Source: Eledone cirrhosa (taxonomy: Eukaryota). From it: a stretch of DNA of 64,000 nucleotides. The stretch spans positions 362,266,001 through 362,330,000 of the forward strand of contig OZ024740.1 in NCBI GenBank assembly GCA_964016885.1, given 5' to 3'. The translations under genes and the position numbers were made by a program. Shown piece after piece: positions 38,969 to 50,715 of the stretch. The notes beneath the pieces are model-generated. The model was not told the DNA's origin. It did no database searches and was given only the letters and a program-made list of their open reading frames with translations. Numbering within the stretch: the stretch's first letter is position 1; every line of letters begins with the position of its first letter.

Positions 38969-41425
38969 CTGAAACATAGGTAATTTTTAAACACTGAATT
39001 ACTTTTAGGTGGGAAATTATTAGAGTCATTAGAATTTTATATAGAATGCTTCGTAGTATTCATTCTACCTCTCTGTGTCCTGAATTCAAATCCCACTGAA
39101 GTCAACTTTGCCTTTCATCCTTTTGAGGTTAATAAAGAGCCAGTTAAATATTGGGGTTGATTCTTACTCTATCTGTCTATCTTTCTCTGAAAGAAATTGG
39201 TTGTATTCAGACCTGGAGAAGGACGGACTCCAATAAGTTTAAATGCAAAAAACATTCCTTATGTCATAATGGTGCCTCTGTGATCCCATCAGGAGTTCAA
39301 GGATCATGCATACATGAATTATCTTTGTCTCCTTTTTTAATGTTAAACGATTTCAATAGATAGACTTTCTCAAAATTACAAATATGGATATATAAGACAT
39401 TATAATTATCAATTTGTAACAGAAACAAAACAGGTTCAGGCATGGCCTTGCTTATTTTGCAATTATGTGGCTCTGGGTATGGTCCTACTGCATCACAACT
39501 TGGGCAAGTGTCGTCTGCTATAGCTTTGGATTAACCAATGCCTTGTGAGTTGAATTTGGTGGGTGGAAACTGTAGAAGCCCATTAACATGGCAAATAGGT
39601 GTAAAACAGTGATGATGATGATTATGAGGAGGATACATGCATAAGTATATGTCCATGTCTATGTTTACATTTGTGTCTGTTTGTGTTTATGTCCCATAAC
39701 TTATCGGTTTGATAAAAAAGAGATTGATAAAATAAGTACCAGACCCTGAAAGAAGTAAGTACTAGGGTCAATATGATGAATAAACTAAGGCACTACCCCA
39801 GCATCGCCACAGTCTAATGAGTGAAACCAGTAAAAGTAAGAGAAAATGAAGGCCCTTAGATGGGACTTTAACTATGTATAATCAATTTATTCAGTGTACT
39901 ACATAGTGTCTGACATTCCTATCTGTCAGATATGGTAATAGAAAAATGTTTACTGGTACAAACTAACACTTTTATCTCTACCTGTATCTCACTTTTTTCA
40001 CAAACAATTCATCAACCACCAAGTCCGCATAACATAAACATTTTACTAGTCTCTTACATAGTGAAGTATGACACTTTGATTTGTTGTTCATCACAATTAT
40101 TATGTATTATGTAGATTAGTGATTAGTTAGCTTAGGGAAGAGAATCTGGAGAAAGAATTAAGGAAGCTGAATGATCTCTTAGCCAGATGTAGCTTCAAAG
40201 AATGAATTGTTAATTGATGCTTGTAGTGAGAATGATGGGATGATAAAAATCAATTACATAGAAAACAAATGAGAGTTTTTTTAAAAATCTAGTCGGGATA
40301 ATAACGGGGGGGGGGGGGGGGGGGGGGGGGTTGACTTGGGAGTGAGTGGGGGGGGGGGGGGGTGGGGAGGGGTGAGTGGGGAGGATAATAAACAGGGTGG
40401 TTTAGAAATCAGTAATTGTATAATGCACATTCGTAAATATCGGATTTCTTGTAATATTCTTTTTTTGTCATATATAATGTTTTTTTAATGTAAAAATAAA
40501 ATTATTATAAGATTCTCCATCTGTTGTATCAATATAAATCACTTACAATAAAATTTTGTCGGAGATAGATTAGCAAAATTTAATGGGGGTGGGATGGAAT
40601 AAAAGTAGAGGAGGAGTGGAAAAAATCTAAAAATTAAATAGCAAGGGTGGGATTGATTATTCAAAACCTGGGAGTACTTACTCTAAGCAAGGCAATAAAG
40701 TTACTAAAATGCAAGGAATTACTGAAAAGCGAATAGAACAAAATAGGAACATAATTCAAAGAGAGATAAGATGATGATTAATGTTGCTTTTGAAATTTTG
40801 CAAATTATAGTGGTCAGGAAAGCAAGAAACCAGGGAAAGAAAATAGGCGATGTGTGAGGGAAGGAACAATGAGAATAGGTTTGGAGATTATATTTAGGAA
40901 TTTCAATGGAATGAAACCTAGCTGGTACTCCATTTAAACTCACAAAAATGAAGCAACAAAATCAAAGTGCCTGGAGAGAGCAAGGTGGAAGATAACATGG
41001 TGGTGGAATAGTAGATAGTCATAAAAACTAAAAGACAAGCTTGGGAAAGATTCAAAGAAAAGGGATGAGGCAAGGAACAATACCAGGTATCTAATCATAT
41101 TTACGAGGTTTGGTAATAGGAAATATGTTTTGATGTGTAGAAGCCTTGGTTTTATTACTGTAATTCATTGTTTTACTTTTATCATTCTCATGTTTATTTG
41201 TGTTTTTGCTTCTTGATATAGTATTTGTGATTGTAGTATGAATTTCAGCCCCTCAAAAATAGAATCCATGTAATAGTTGATCCCATAAATTTAACTTAAA
41301 GCATTCTCTAAATCATTTGATATTTACATAGTATGTATGTCTATACATGTTTATATATGATATGTATCTTTACATGTGTACATACATTCAAATTTTTAAT
41401 AAATATACAAATAAATTAAACTTAC

Positions 41426-42061
41426 CTGAAAAAAGAAATCTGAGGAAATTTCTGGAAACTTATCATCAATAATTGGTTGCTTTTGTTGCATGGTGAAAGG
41501 CCAATTATCAAATATTAACTTAAATTCTACATGACAGCCATCACTCATGGCATCTTTTACACTTAGAACTTCAATTGTGAGATCAGCATTGAAGATACAT
41601 GCACATTCCTGCAGCTGCCCCTTAACATAATGGATGAAACCTTTTCTACTCGATGTGTAACTCAATATACAACCATTTACATCTTCTTTCTCGACGATGA
41701 ATGTTGGACTGATCATTTTTGGATAACTAAAGCGTATAGTTTCATGTAAGTTGTTAATTTCATGCAGAAAATCCCGGAAATATCGTCCTGATAGGGTGAG
41801 TATCTGGTCATATTTATAAGTTGAACAAAACTTGAGAAAACACTTGCCAAAGTAACACATATAGTCTTCAGGTAGCTTATCTTTCAAAATATGGCTGCAA
41901 GCTGTTGCTAGATTTAGCATCAGTTCATTTTCATACATTATGTGCGTAGAAAATTCACTTTCACTGTCTAATCCAACATATTCAAGCACTTTTTTCCATA
42001 TTTTTCTACCATATTCTTTTACAACGATAGATTCAATACTCAGGAATAAAAGGCCGTACAT
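41426..42061 (-). CDS. Atypical soluble guanylyl cyclase (Gyc-89D-like), coding exon 1 (H-NOX)
   Basis: MYG start, proximal His in NNLHETIRFSYP, YxSxR (YTSSR). Acceptor just upstream of the ATG (42071) and donor CAG/GTAAGT. Confidence 0.95.
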
Positions 42062-42942
42062 TTTGGGACACTACAAAATAAATGAATAAATATGATAAAT
42101 ATTAGAAAATATTTTCCTTCTTCATACTTGCCATCACTATTAACTACTAAACATTATCAATGGTAACATCAACAACAACATGATGGTAATAATAAACAAA
42201 GAATACAAGAAAATAAAAAAATACTAAGAGGGGAAATATGAAATGCAGAGATTCTGGAATTACTAAAAGGTTGTTATCATCCCAATTGTTAAATGAGCCT
42301 CAGGGATAGTGGCTAGAATTTTAAATGGTTGGCTGAAGAGGTTGTATATAGAGCTGAATTGCTTGATGCTACAGTGTTTGCATGGCAAAGCAAGAGCCAT
42401 ATGTAAGTCTAAAACTGCATGAGACTTCTTGATATCTAGCAATCCAAATACTGGCAGAAGAACAATGAAATGCTAAATAAAGCAAAGAAAAAAGTAATAA
42501 AGGATTTCTAATTTAGCCAACAATTTTGAAGAGAAGGGAAATTGATTAAAGTAACCCCAATTATTTGATTGGAACATTATCTTATTGACAGCTCAGAAGT
42601 ATGAAAGGAAAAATTGACTTCAGTAGGATCCAATCTCAGAACAGAGCTTGAACAAATACCAAATGGCATTTTGTCCAATGCTCTAATGACTCTGTCAATC
42701 CATCACAGCCTGAATAATAAAATTGATTTATTTTTTGGGCCATAAATGCCTAAGATATTAAAGACAATGCAAAGACAAAAGCAACACAGATTTAGGTTTA
42801 CACCAAGTAAAAAAGAGGGACATTACCAAAGAGATAACAGTATGTATAACAATAATAAAAAGAAAATCATATATTTATAATAATAGAATATATTCTGTAA
42901 ACATTTGAATTGAGGGAACATTATAGGTACAGGATACAAAAA

Positions 42943-43072
<130 letters not shown>

Positions 43073-44006
43073 TGAGTGGTGGTTATAATAAAAGTGAATG
43101 AAAAAGAGGAAATGAAAATGAAAGTATACACTATAGAAACTTCTATCTTTAGAGGAGAATGGCCACCTAGATTGTTGTTGCTCTACCTCTACTAGTTTGA
43201 ATAACTAGTGTACCTCTGGTTCAAACAACAGAACAGCCTGCTCATGGAATAAATATGCAAGTAACTGAGCTTAATAGAGTTCTTGGTGAAATTCATTGTG
43301 ACACATTAAATTGCAAGGCTGGCCCATTGAATTGCAGGTATAATTCATTATTTCCAACAGAGCAGACTGGTGCAATATAAAACAAAGTGTCTTCCTTGAG
43401 GACACAATGAGCTGCTGGTAATTAAACTTAAAAACTTACTATTGTTAGATGAGCACCATAACAACTAAGCTACATGCCTTTATACAAACACCAACTATGA
43501 ATGAATCACATTAAAATATAAAAACTTTACTCTATTACTGCAAATTTTCAAAATGATCTGTCAATTAGTAAAGATACTATAAACATTTGAATCAACAAAC
43601 CTGTTTTTAGATATTCTCTCCTAAGTCATCATAGAATGTTAAGAGTTAAACATGTAACCTGAACACCAGAGGACAAACTTGTTTCAAATATTCTCAAGTT
43701 TCTTTCCTTCTTTTTATAGGCTTGCTCATCTCTGGACTAAACATTAGTGAAACGGAATAATTATAAATAGGGTTTAGATTTGGGTCATAGTGTCAGTTTT
43801 CTGAAAAAGGATTTGGTTACAAAACTGAGTTGTTGAGGCAGTAATAGAAACTTCCTCTAAACACAATAAAATTACGATACTTTAGGTATTGAGTTCTTTA
43901 CAATTTGTTAGAACAGAAAAAGTTATTTCATATGTAGAAAGATTTACAAATACAGCAGTATGGCTATACATATTTATATGTGTGTGTGTATATATGTATG
44001 AATATT

Positions 44007-44272
44007 TATATAATACATTATAAAGAAAGAAGAAACATTAGACATAAAATAAAAAAATATAATATACCTAAATTCCTTCATTATCCTCGACTACGTAGTT
44101 TCGTGGCTACTTTGCAAAAACATTACATCATAGATACTGCATCTCTATGATATAATGTTTTTGCAAAGTAGCCACGAAACTGCGTAGTCGAGGACAAGGA
44201 AGGAATTTAGGTATATTATATTTTTTTAATTTTATGTCTAATGTTTCTTCTTTCTTTATAATGTATTATATA
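44007..44272. mobile_element. Fold-back palindrome with a hammerhead 3' half on each strand
   Basis: Near-perfect arms of about 128 bp. Each reads CGAAA-CT(A/G)CGTAG-TC outward from the central hairpin. Confidence 0.8.
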
Positions 44273-44542
44273 GCTCTGATATTTAATCAATCTAATCCAT
44301 TCAGATTATTTTGTCCCTATTATTCATAGAGCAACAACGGTTAAGGTTGGCACTTCACAAATTCAGGGATATATGTGGGTATATGCATGTATATGTATGT
44401 ATTCTTCGTCCAAACCTATGCAAGCGTGGAACACGGACGTTAAACGATGATGATGATGATGATGATGATGATATATATATAAATCTGTATAGAATGAGAA
44501 AATGCGAAGTAGTTTCAGATGTTAAAGTCCTTTATTGACAAT

Positions 44543-44617
44543 GCTGTGATACATATTTCAATGACGACAGTGGCCACACGATTCCGTGTACCCAGTGCCG
44601 TGACATCATCAGACAGC
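44543..44617 (-). ncRNA. Type I hammerhead ribozyme motif, long stem II
   Basis: GCTGT-CTGATGA-(46-nt hairpin)-GAAA-TATGTA-TC-ACAGC. Perfect 5-bp stem I, AUC site, AATAAA just downstream. Confidence 0.82.
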
Positions 44618-45014
44618 TTCTTATATAATAAGGTTATGTTCCAATCCAAACAGAAACCAAAAGGGAACGGACAAGGCGCATGTTCTTGAATCCCTCGGTT
44701 GTTCCCCTGTGAGCCCCAATTCACCTCCACAGGTCTGTGCAGACGCAAAAGGAAGTTGACCATCCACTACCCCAAACTAACCGAAAACTAGCCTAGGCAG
44801 CCCCCCCCCCCCCCCCCGCCGTCCAACCAAACGATCACTCCATCCATGCTGGTAATATAACACGGTTAAAGTGTTACTGCAATTCTCTCTGCCAGTAGCA
44901 GCTGACCAAAATCTAGTGGTGGTGGCAGAGTATGAGTTTCAATAGGCTTTAACACTACCCCTAATTTATGCCTGAACAATAGTATTGCCTTGGGAACGTA
45001 ACCTTATATAAGAA

Positions 45015-45087
45015 GCTGTCTGATGATGTCACGGCACTGGGTACATGGAATCGTGTGGCCACTGTCGTCATTGAAATATGTACCACA
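45015..45087 (+). ncRNA. Inverted partner hammerhead, cleavage triplet mutated
   Basis: Reverse-complement copy of 44545-44617 with ACC in place of ATC and a truncated stem I. Confidence 0.65.
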
Positions 45088-45333
45088 TAAATGAACTCCA
45101 ACCAAAATTAAATAGAAAACATGAATGGAATAGCAACATCACAACTTACAATTAAGGACAAAATGAAAACACACACACACATAGAACAAACAACCAACCA
45201 GTAACATGTAAATAAACAAATAAATAATCAAATAAAAACACACACAGACACCCGGATGTAACACATGCGCAAACTAAGCACACAACACATACAAAAACAA
45301 GATGGCACAAAACAAAGAAAAGAATCCCAGTCA

Positions 45334-45372
45334 CTGGAAGAGGTCACAGAATGTGTGACGAAAGAACTTTCA
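45334..45372 (+). ncRNA. Degenerate hammerhead-like motif
   Basis: CTGGAAGA-G-GTCACA/GAATG/TGTGAC-GAAA. Core has an extra G and no stem I is visible. Confidence 0.35.
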
Positions 45373-45516
45373 CAATATATGAACAACCGTCCAGTTGTGG
45401 AACCAACCAACCAGCCGGAAATTTATTAATTTAATTTATAATAAATTGGAGTGAAAGCAACTGGTGCGTGTGTTTCTTATTGGCAACATGACCCGCCCAA
45501 AGTATAACCATTTTTA

Positions 45517-45575
45517 TTTTATTATATATATTTCAAGGGTACCAAAAGATTTTGGTACGCTTTCCTCAGATAAAA
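45517..45575 (-). ncRNA. Type I hammerhead ribozyme motif
   Basis: TTTTAT-CTGAGGA-AAGCGTACCAAAATCTTTTGGTACCCTT-GAAA-TATATA-TA-ATAAAA. All three stems pair. Confidence 0.78.
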
Positions 45576-45760
45576 TACAAAGTTTGTTTTATAAATAGAG
45601 ACATACCCAGGAAAATCATACCTTATCAGTTGGATATTCTCTGGATAGTGGAAATGTATTAGGGATTTTTCAAGCTTATGGGTGAATATGCAAATGGATA
45701 TGTAAATAATTGAAAATGATTTTCCTGGGTATGTCTCTATTTATAAAACAAACTTTGTAA

Positions 45761-45817
45761 TTTATCTGAGGAAAGCGTACCAAAGTCTTTTGTTACCCTT
45801 GAAATATATATAATAAA
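45761..45817 (+). ncRNA. Inverted partner hammerhead of 45517-45575
   Basis: Intact core with one extra stem II mismatch. Arms 45506-45617 and 45716-45830. Confidence 0.75.
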
Positions 45818-45976
45818 ATAAATATGGTTTTATAAATATAGTTTCCATTTATTTAATATCATTGAATATTTACTCCAGGAACCAGTTGAGTGCTCTAAAT
45901 CAGTTATAAACATTTATATTTGTCGGATTTCTACTTATATATATATATATATATATTTAATTAGAAAATATAACTA

Positions 45977-46044
45977 CTCCATTACCAAAGGTTTCTGGAT
46001 CACAGACAATAATAATATACATCTGGCTCGTTCGTCAGACAGAG
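45977..46044 (-). ncRNA. Type I hammerhead ribozyme motif
   Basis: CTCTGT-CTGACGA-(imperfect stem II)-GAAA-CCTTTGG-TA-ATGGAG, GUA site. Confidence 0.7.
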
Positions 46045-46219
46045 ATGTTATATGTAGAGTGCTCAAGTTGTCAGGCTGGAAGATGCTAATCTCATAGATA
46101 TGCAGAATTTACATCGATCATTCTTGTTAGGAGCTGTTTATGTGTTAGGTAATTCCAAAGGAAAAAAGAGTGCTCTATGTATAGAACAGAGCTATTTAAT
46201 TAGAAAGTGAACAACACAT

Positions 46220-46287
46220 CTCTGTCTGACAAACGATCCAGGTGTACATTATTATTGTCTGTGATCCGGAAACCTTTGGTAATGGAG
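46220..46287 (+). ncRNA. Inverted partner hammerhead with core G8>A change
   Basis: CTGACAA instead of CTGACGA, otherwise colinear with 45977-46044. Confidence 0.6.
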
Positions 46288-46417
46288 TAGTTATATTTTG
46301 TGTTGTTCACTTTCTAATTAAATAGCTCTGTTCTGTACATAGAGCACTCTTTTTCCTTTGCTTTTCCTTTGGAATTACCTAGCACACACACACATATATG
46401 TATATATATATATATAT

Positions 46418-46550
46418 ATAGGAACGAGTAGGACCCCGACAGCTGAGCTCAAGCCGTTTCGACGGCTAATTCTGGACTAAAATCATTTTAGTCCAGAATT
46501 AGCCGTCGAAATGGCTTGAGCTCAGCCGTCGGGGTCCTACTCGTTCCTAT
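46418..46550. mobile_element. 133-bp near-perfect palindrome with hammerhead 3' halves
   Basis: Centre at 46484. Each arm reads CGAAA-(C/T)GGCTTGAGCTCAGC(C/T)G-TC. Confidence 0.85.
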
Positions 46551-47273
46551 TACCCACTCTACTACCCTAAGTATTGAGTACTTTGGTGCGTTATGGTCCA
46601 CCTGGTTCGTTACCACATTTCCTTCGTTATATATGGTTGATGGCTGTGAGAAAAGAGTATTCAATACTGAAATGGAGTTTAAATATTCATTTTATTATGG
46701 CTAAATAGTAAGTCTTGTTACTCTGGAGTTTTGCTTGTTTATCAGTGCATTTTATCATGCCACAAGACAACTATAGAAGTAGTCATGTCCTTGTCACCAC
46801 TGAATGGTCCTCCCAACCCTTACATGTAGAAATATACACATACTTATCATCATCGTTGTCCTTTAATGTCTGTTTTTCTATGCTTGCATGGGTTGGATAG
46901 CTCTTTTTCAGTACAATTTGCCTCACTTGTTGCATTCCTTTGTCATCTCTGTGAGATTCAGTCTTTAGAGATCTGCTTTCACCACTTCTGCCAGGTCTTG
47001 TTTGGTCATGCTCTACTGCAGCTGAGTTTCTGTATTTTTCCACTCTGAGTTTCTGTATTTTTTCACCCAATGATCAATATCACATGTCTATATCAGCACA
47101 CTGTTCTTTCTTGCACTCTACATCAAATCCTCTTATATGTAGTTTTTTTCTCAATAATCCCTGCTTTACTGTTCTTGCACATTAACATCACAAATCAATC
47201 AAACTATACTCAGCTAAACTTATATATATATAAGTACATAAAAATAAATACATAGATGATGATTGTATATATA

Positions 47274-47400
47274 TTCTGAAGATGGCATGTATAGGTGAAG
47301 GTATGTATATCTCCTCTGATAATTTATAATATTTTTTTACATAGATCTTTAACATGATATACATACCAACATACATATATACCAGAAACGATCGTAAAAT
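47274..47400 (+). ncRNA. Hammerhead motif with about 100-nt stem II
   Basis: CTGAAGA-TGG...GGTATGTATATC/GATATACATACC...CCA-GAAA-CGATCG-TA. Stem III ACGATCGT is palindromic, and stem I is largely lost at (TA)n. Confidence 0.68.
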
Positions 47401-47457
47401 GATGAATTTTTCAATATAAGGAACCTGTTCTTTGTTTTTATTTCATTGTTTTTATTA

Positions 47458-47504
<47 letters not shown>

Positions 47505-47719
47505 CATGTGTGTGTGTATCTATATGTATATACATGCACACATATATACAATATGTATGTATGTAAATATATATATATATATATATTTATATGTGCGTGG
47601 TTTTGTATACCTATGGTAAGTGTTTTGCGTATGCTTGTGTATGTACGTATTTGTATGCGTGTATGTATTTATTTATTTCTATTACTTCTGTATTGTATTT
47701 ATTTACTTTGTTCTTAACT

Positions 47720-48177
47720 CTGTAGCGGAGATTCATTCGGTCTCCTAGTTAGAATTTTAGTCTACGACTTCTGCTATACCATTTACGTGGTTTTGTCTTT
47801 GCGTGCTATTGTTCTCCACGCTCCACATATGACGTATTATCTTCGTTTTTTTCGTTCATTGCCAGAGAACGTCTCTATGAACCACCTAAGAGAACATTAG
47901 TCTACGACCACTTTTATACCATAAACGTGGTTCTGTCTTTGCGCGTAATTGTTTTTCACCGCTCCTATTAATGACGTATTATTCGTTTTTTCCCGTTCTT
48001 TGCCAGCGAACGTTACCACGAACCAAAGTATCGTCTTCCTGTCTTCCTCCGGTTGCAACGTTTTTTGAAATATCCACTTCTGCGTTTACAGATTGACTTT
48101 GTTAGTTTCAGAAGATCCCGTTAAGGGTGAAAGCAGCGATTCTTTGCTTAAACTTTAATCTGTTATTTTAATAAATA
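47720..48177 (+). mobile_element. Non-coding Penelope-like repeat family, copy 2
   Basis: Near-identical to 9640-10006, with an internal tandem subrepeat of about 140 bp. Confidence 0.75.
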
Positions 48178-48203
48178 TATATATATATATGTTGTTTATT
48201 ACA

Positions 48204-48255
<52 letters not shown>

Positions 48256-48291
48256 ATTAAATAAATGGAAAACAATTTTAAATATAACTTT

Positions 48292-48329
<38 letters not shown>

Positions 48330-48336
<7 letters not shown>

Positions 48337-48418
48337 TGTAATAAACAACATAAGGCAATTATTTCATTTACCAGTGGTAAATGAAATAATTGCCTTATGT
48401 TGTTTATTACATAACTAT
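48330..48418. mobile_element. 89-bp palindrome centred on a stem II-like hairpin
   Basis: ATTTACC/AGT/GGTAAAT centre followed by GAAA-TAATTG-CC (degenerate stem III and cleavage site). Confidence 0.7.
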
Positions 48419-48486
48419 TAAGCTCTGTAACCTACATAGAGCACTATTTTTTCCTGGACCTTTCCGACGGAATTACTTCATATATT

Positions 48487-48544
<58 letters not shown>

Positions 48545-48974
48545 CATGTGTGTGTGTATCTATATGTATATATATGCACACATATATACAATATATATGT
48601 ATGTAAATATATATATATATTTATATAAATATACACACGTGTGTGTGTGTGCATGTATGTTTTGTTTACATTCTTGTATATATGCTGTGAAAAACATAAC
48701 CATACAGTGATTGGATCGTACCCATCAGATTAACTCTAGATGCTCTAAACATATTGTAGATTATCAACATCGAGCTTAAACTTTACTTTGTCAAATATAG
48801 TTGTTTTCTCAATTTATCTGAAATTTTATCCACTTATCGTTACAACCACACATAATATTCCGTTACATATATATATTGTCATCACCATACCCATTTAACG
48901 TTCATTTTTACACCCACACATACACATAAATATTTACACATATTACATACATATATATATACATATCTATCTAT

Positions 48975-49240
48975 CTAAGGCGGGTAAAATTCCCGAGATC
49001 CATGGACGAGTTCTCTCCAGCGGTCTCTGTCCCTCATTATCGCTGCCATATCCTGCATCTCCAACAGACCAGTGTCTGTCCTTAGGGCATCAACATATGT
49101 TAACCTTGGTTTTCCTCTTCTAGTGTGTCCATGTAGGGGCTCCCAAAGGAGCACTGAGTGCAATGTCAACTCTGGATGTCGGTGAGCATGTCCAACCAAC
49201 CTCAGTCTCCTCTGTGTCACTTTTGAGCTGACTTTTGGGA
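48975..49240 (-). mobile_element. RTE/RTE-X-type LINE 3' coding fragment
   Basis: RRLRLVGHAHR...WEP..G..RRGKPRLTYVD...DRDRWR. Confidence 0.85.
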
Positions 49241-49289
49241 TATATATATAAAGAATTTGGGATATATATATATATATAAAGAATTTGGG

Positions 49290-50267
49290 ATATATATATA
49301 AAGAATTAGTATATCTACCAACATATATATACAGATGTATACCTATGCTAGCAAATATATAGGTTTTGTCTTAGTAACTTTGTGGTTCAATGCAAGGGGA
49401 TGTAGAACAATTATATGAAAGACGTAAAATAAGAAAATTATAAAAATTTACTTACTTACTAAAATTTCACTCCAACTAATTAGTTTCTGAAAGGGAATAA
49501 ACATGGTTTCCGATTGGAACAACATGGAGAAATATCAGCTAAGTTTCCAGGCAAAGCGTGGACACAGGGAATTTATACAAAAATAATTCAGTGGATGGAA
49601 AAAAGCAGGCGAGCACTAGATTCCAGGACATTGAAAAAATCGGAAACCATGTTTATTCCCTTTCAGAAACTAATTAGTTGGAGTGAAATTTTAGTAAGTA
49701 AGTAAATTTTTATAATTTTCTTATTTTACGTCTTTCATATAATTGTTCTGCATCCCCTTGCATTGAACCACAAAGTTACTAAGACAAAACCTATATATTT
49801 GCTAGCATAGGTATACATCTGTATATATATGTTGGTAGATATACTAATTCTTTATAATTATCTCCAAATTATTTTGTTGAGCAAAAATTTGCCAAAACTA
49901 CTGCTATGCTTCATAGTAATAGCCAGGCTACTGTCTTATTAGCATCCTCACTCCTCACTGATTGACCTCGATGTCATGTGATTGATTCTTTTGAATTCGC
50001 CACCGACTAAGTAGGCAGTGATTTTTTCAATGTCCTGGAATCTAGTCCTCGCCTGCTTTTTTCCATCCACTGAATTATTTTTGTATAAGTTCCCTGTGTC
50101 CACGCATTGTCTGGGAACTTAGCTGAGATCAGATCTCCCTGATGACGAAAGGATATTTCTCCATGTTGTTTCAATCGGAAACCATGTTTATTCCCTTTCA
50201 GAAACTAATTAGTTGGAGTGAAATTTTAGTAAGTAAGTAAATTTTTATAATTTTCTTATTTTACGTC

Positions 50268-50275
<8 letters not shown>
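49290..50275. mobile_element. Inverted plus direct-repeat non-coding element with 535-bp period and degenerate hammerhead (50139-50188)
   Basis: CGGAAACCATG block at 49641 and 50176. 49290-49641 is an inverted copy. Confidence 0.75.
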
Positions 50276-50328
<53 letters not shown>

Positions 50329-50330
50329 TT

Positions 50331-50412
50331 GTTTCCTGATGATTTCGAAGCTCGTGAATTTATCCTTGATCGGATATTTCCAGAAGCGAATGAAACCCCA
50401 TGGAGTAGAAAC
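50331..50412 (+). ncRNA. Type I hammerhead ribozyme motif, long stem II
   Basis: GTTTC-CTGATGA-T-TTCG...CGAA-T-GAAA-CCCCATGGAG-TA-GAAAC. Perfect 5-bp stem I, near-palindromic stem III, GUA site. Confidence 0.8.
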
Positions 50413-50715
50413 GTAATCTTAGTATGTTTATATACATTTTTTCTTGTAACTTTAATTTTATACCTAATTGTGTATGGTTGACGATATATTTAATCGATTT
50501 GCACGTGCTATTGAAGTGCTGGGTAATTATTCTATAGCAGTAGATGGCTGTCGTATATTTATCTATTATTTCTTCATAGGTACCTTTTAATCTTATAGCC
50601 TGGTTTAATTGGTTTTTTTGTACAGTTGATTATGTTGATTGGGAGAGGAGATGGTGTATATATATCTTATCATATGATTCTATGGACATACGTTATTGTA
50701 TATATATATATATAT

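Noticed and set aside
40305-40385. Poly-G tract / G-quadruplex
   Set aside because: Low-complexity homopolymer with no functional evidence, and its length is error-prone.
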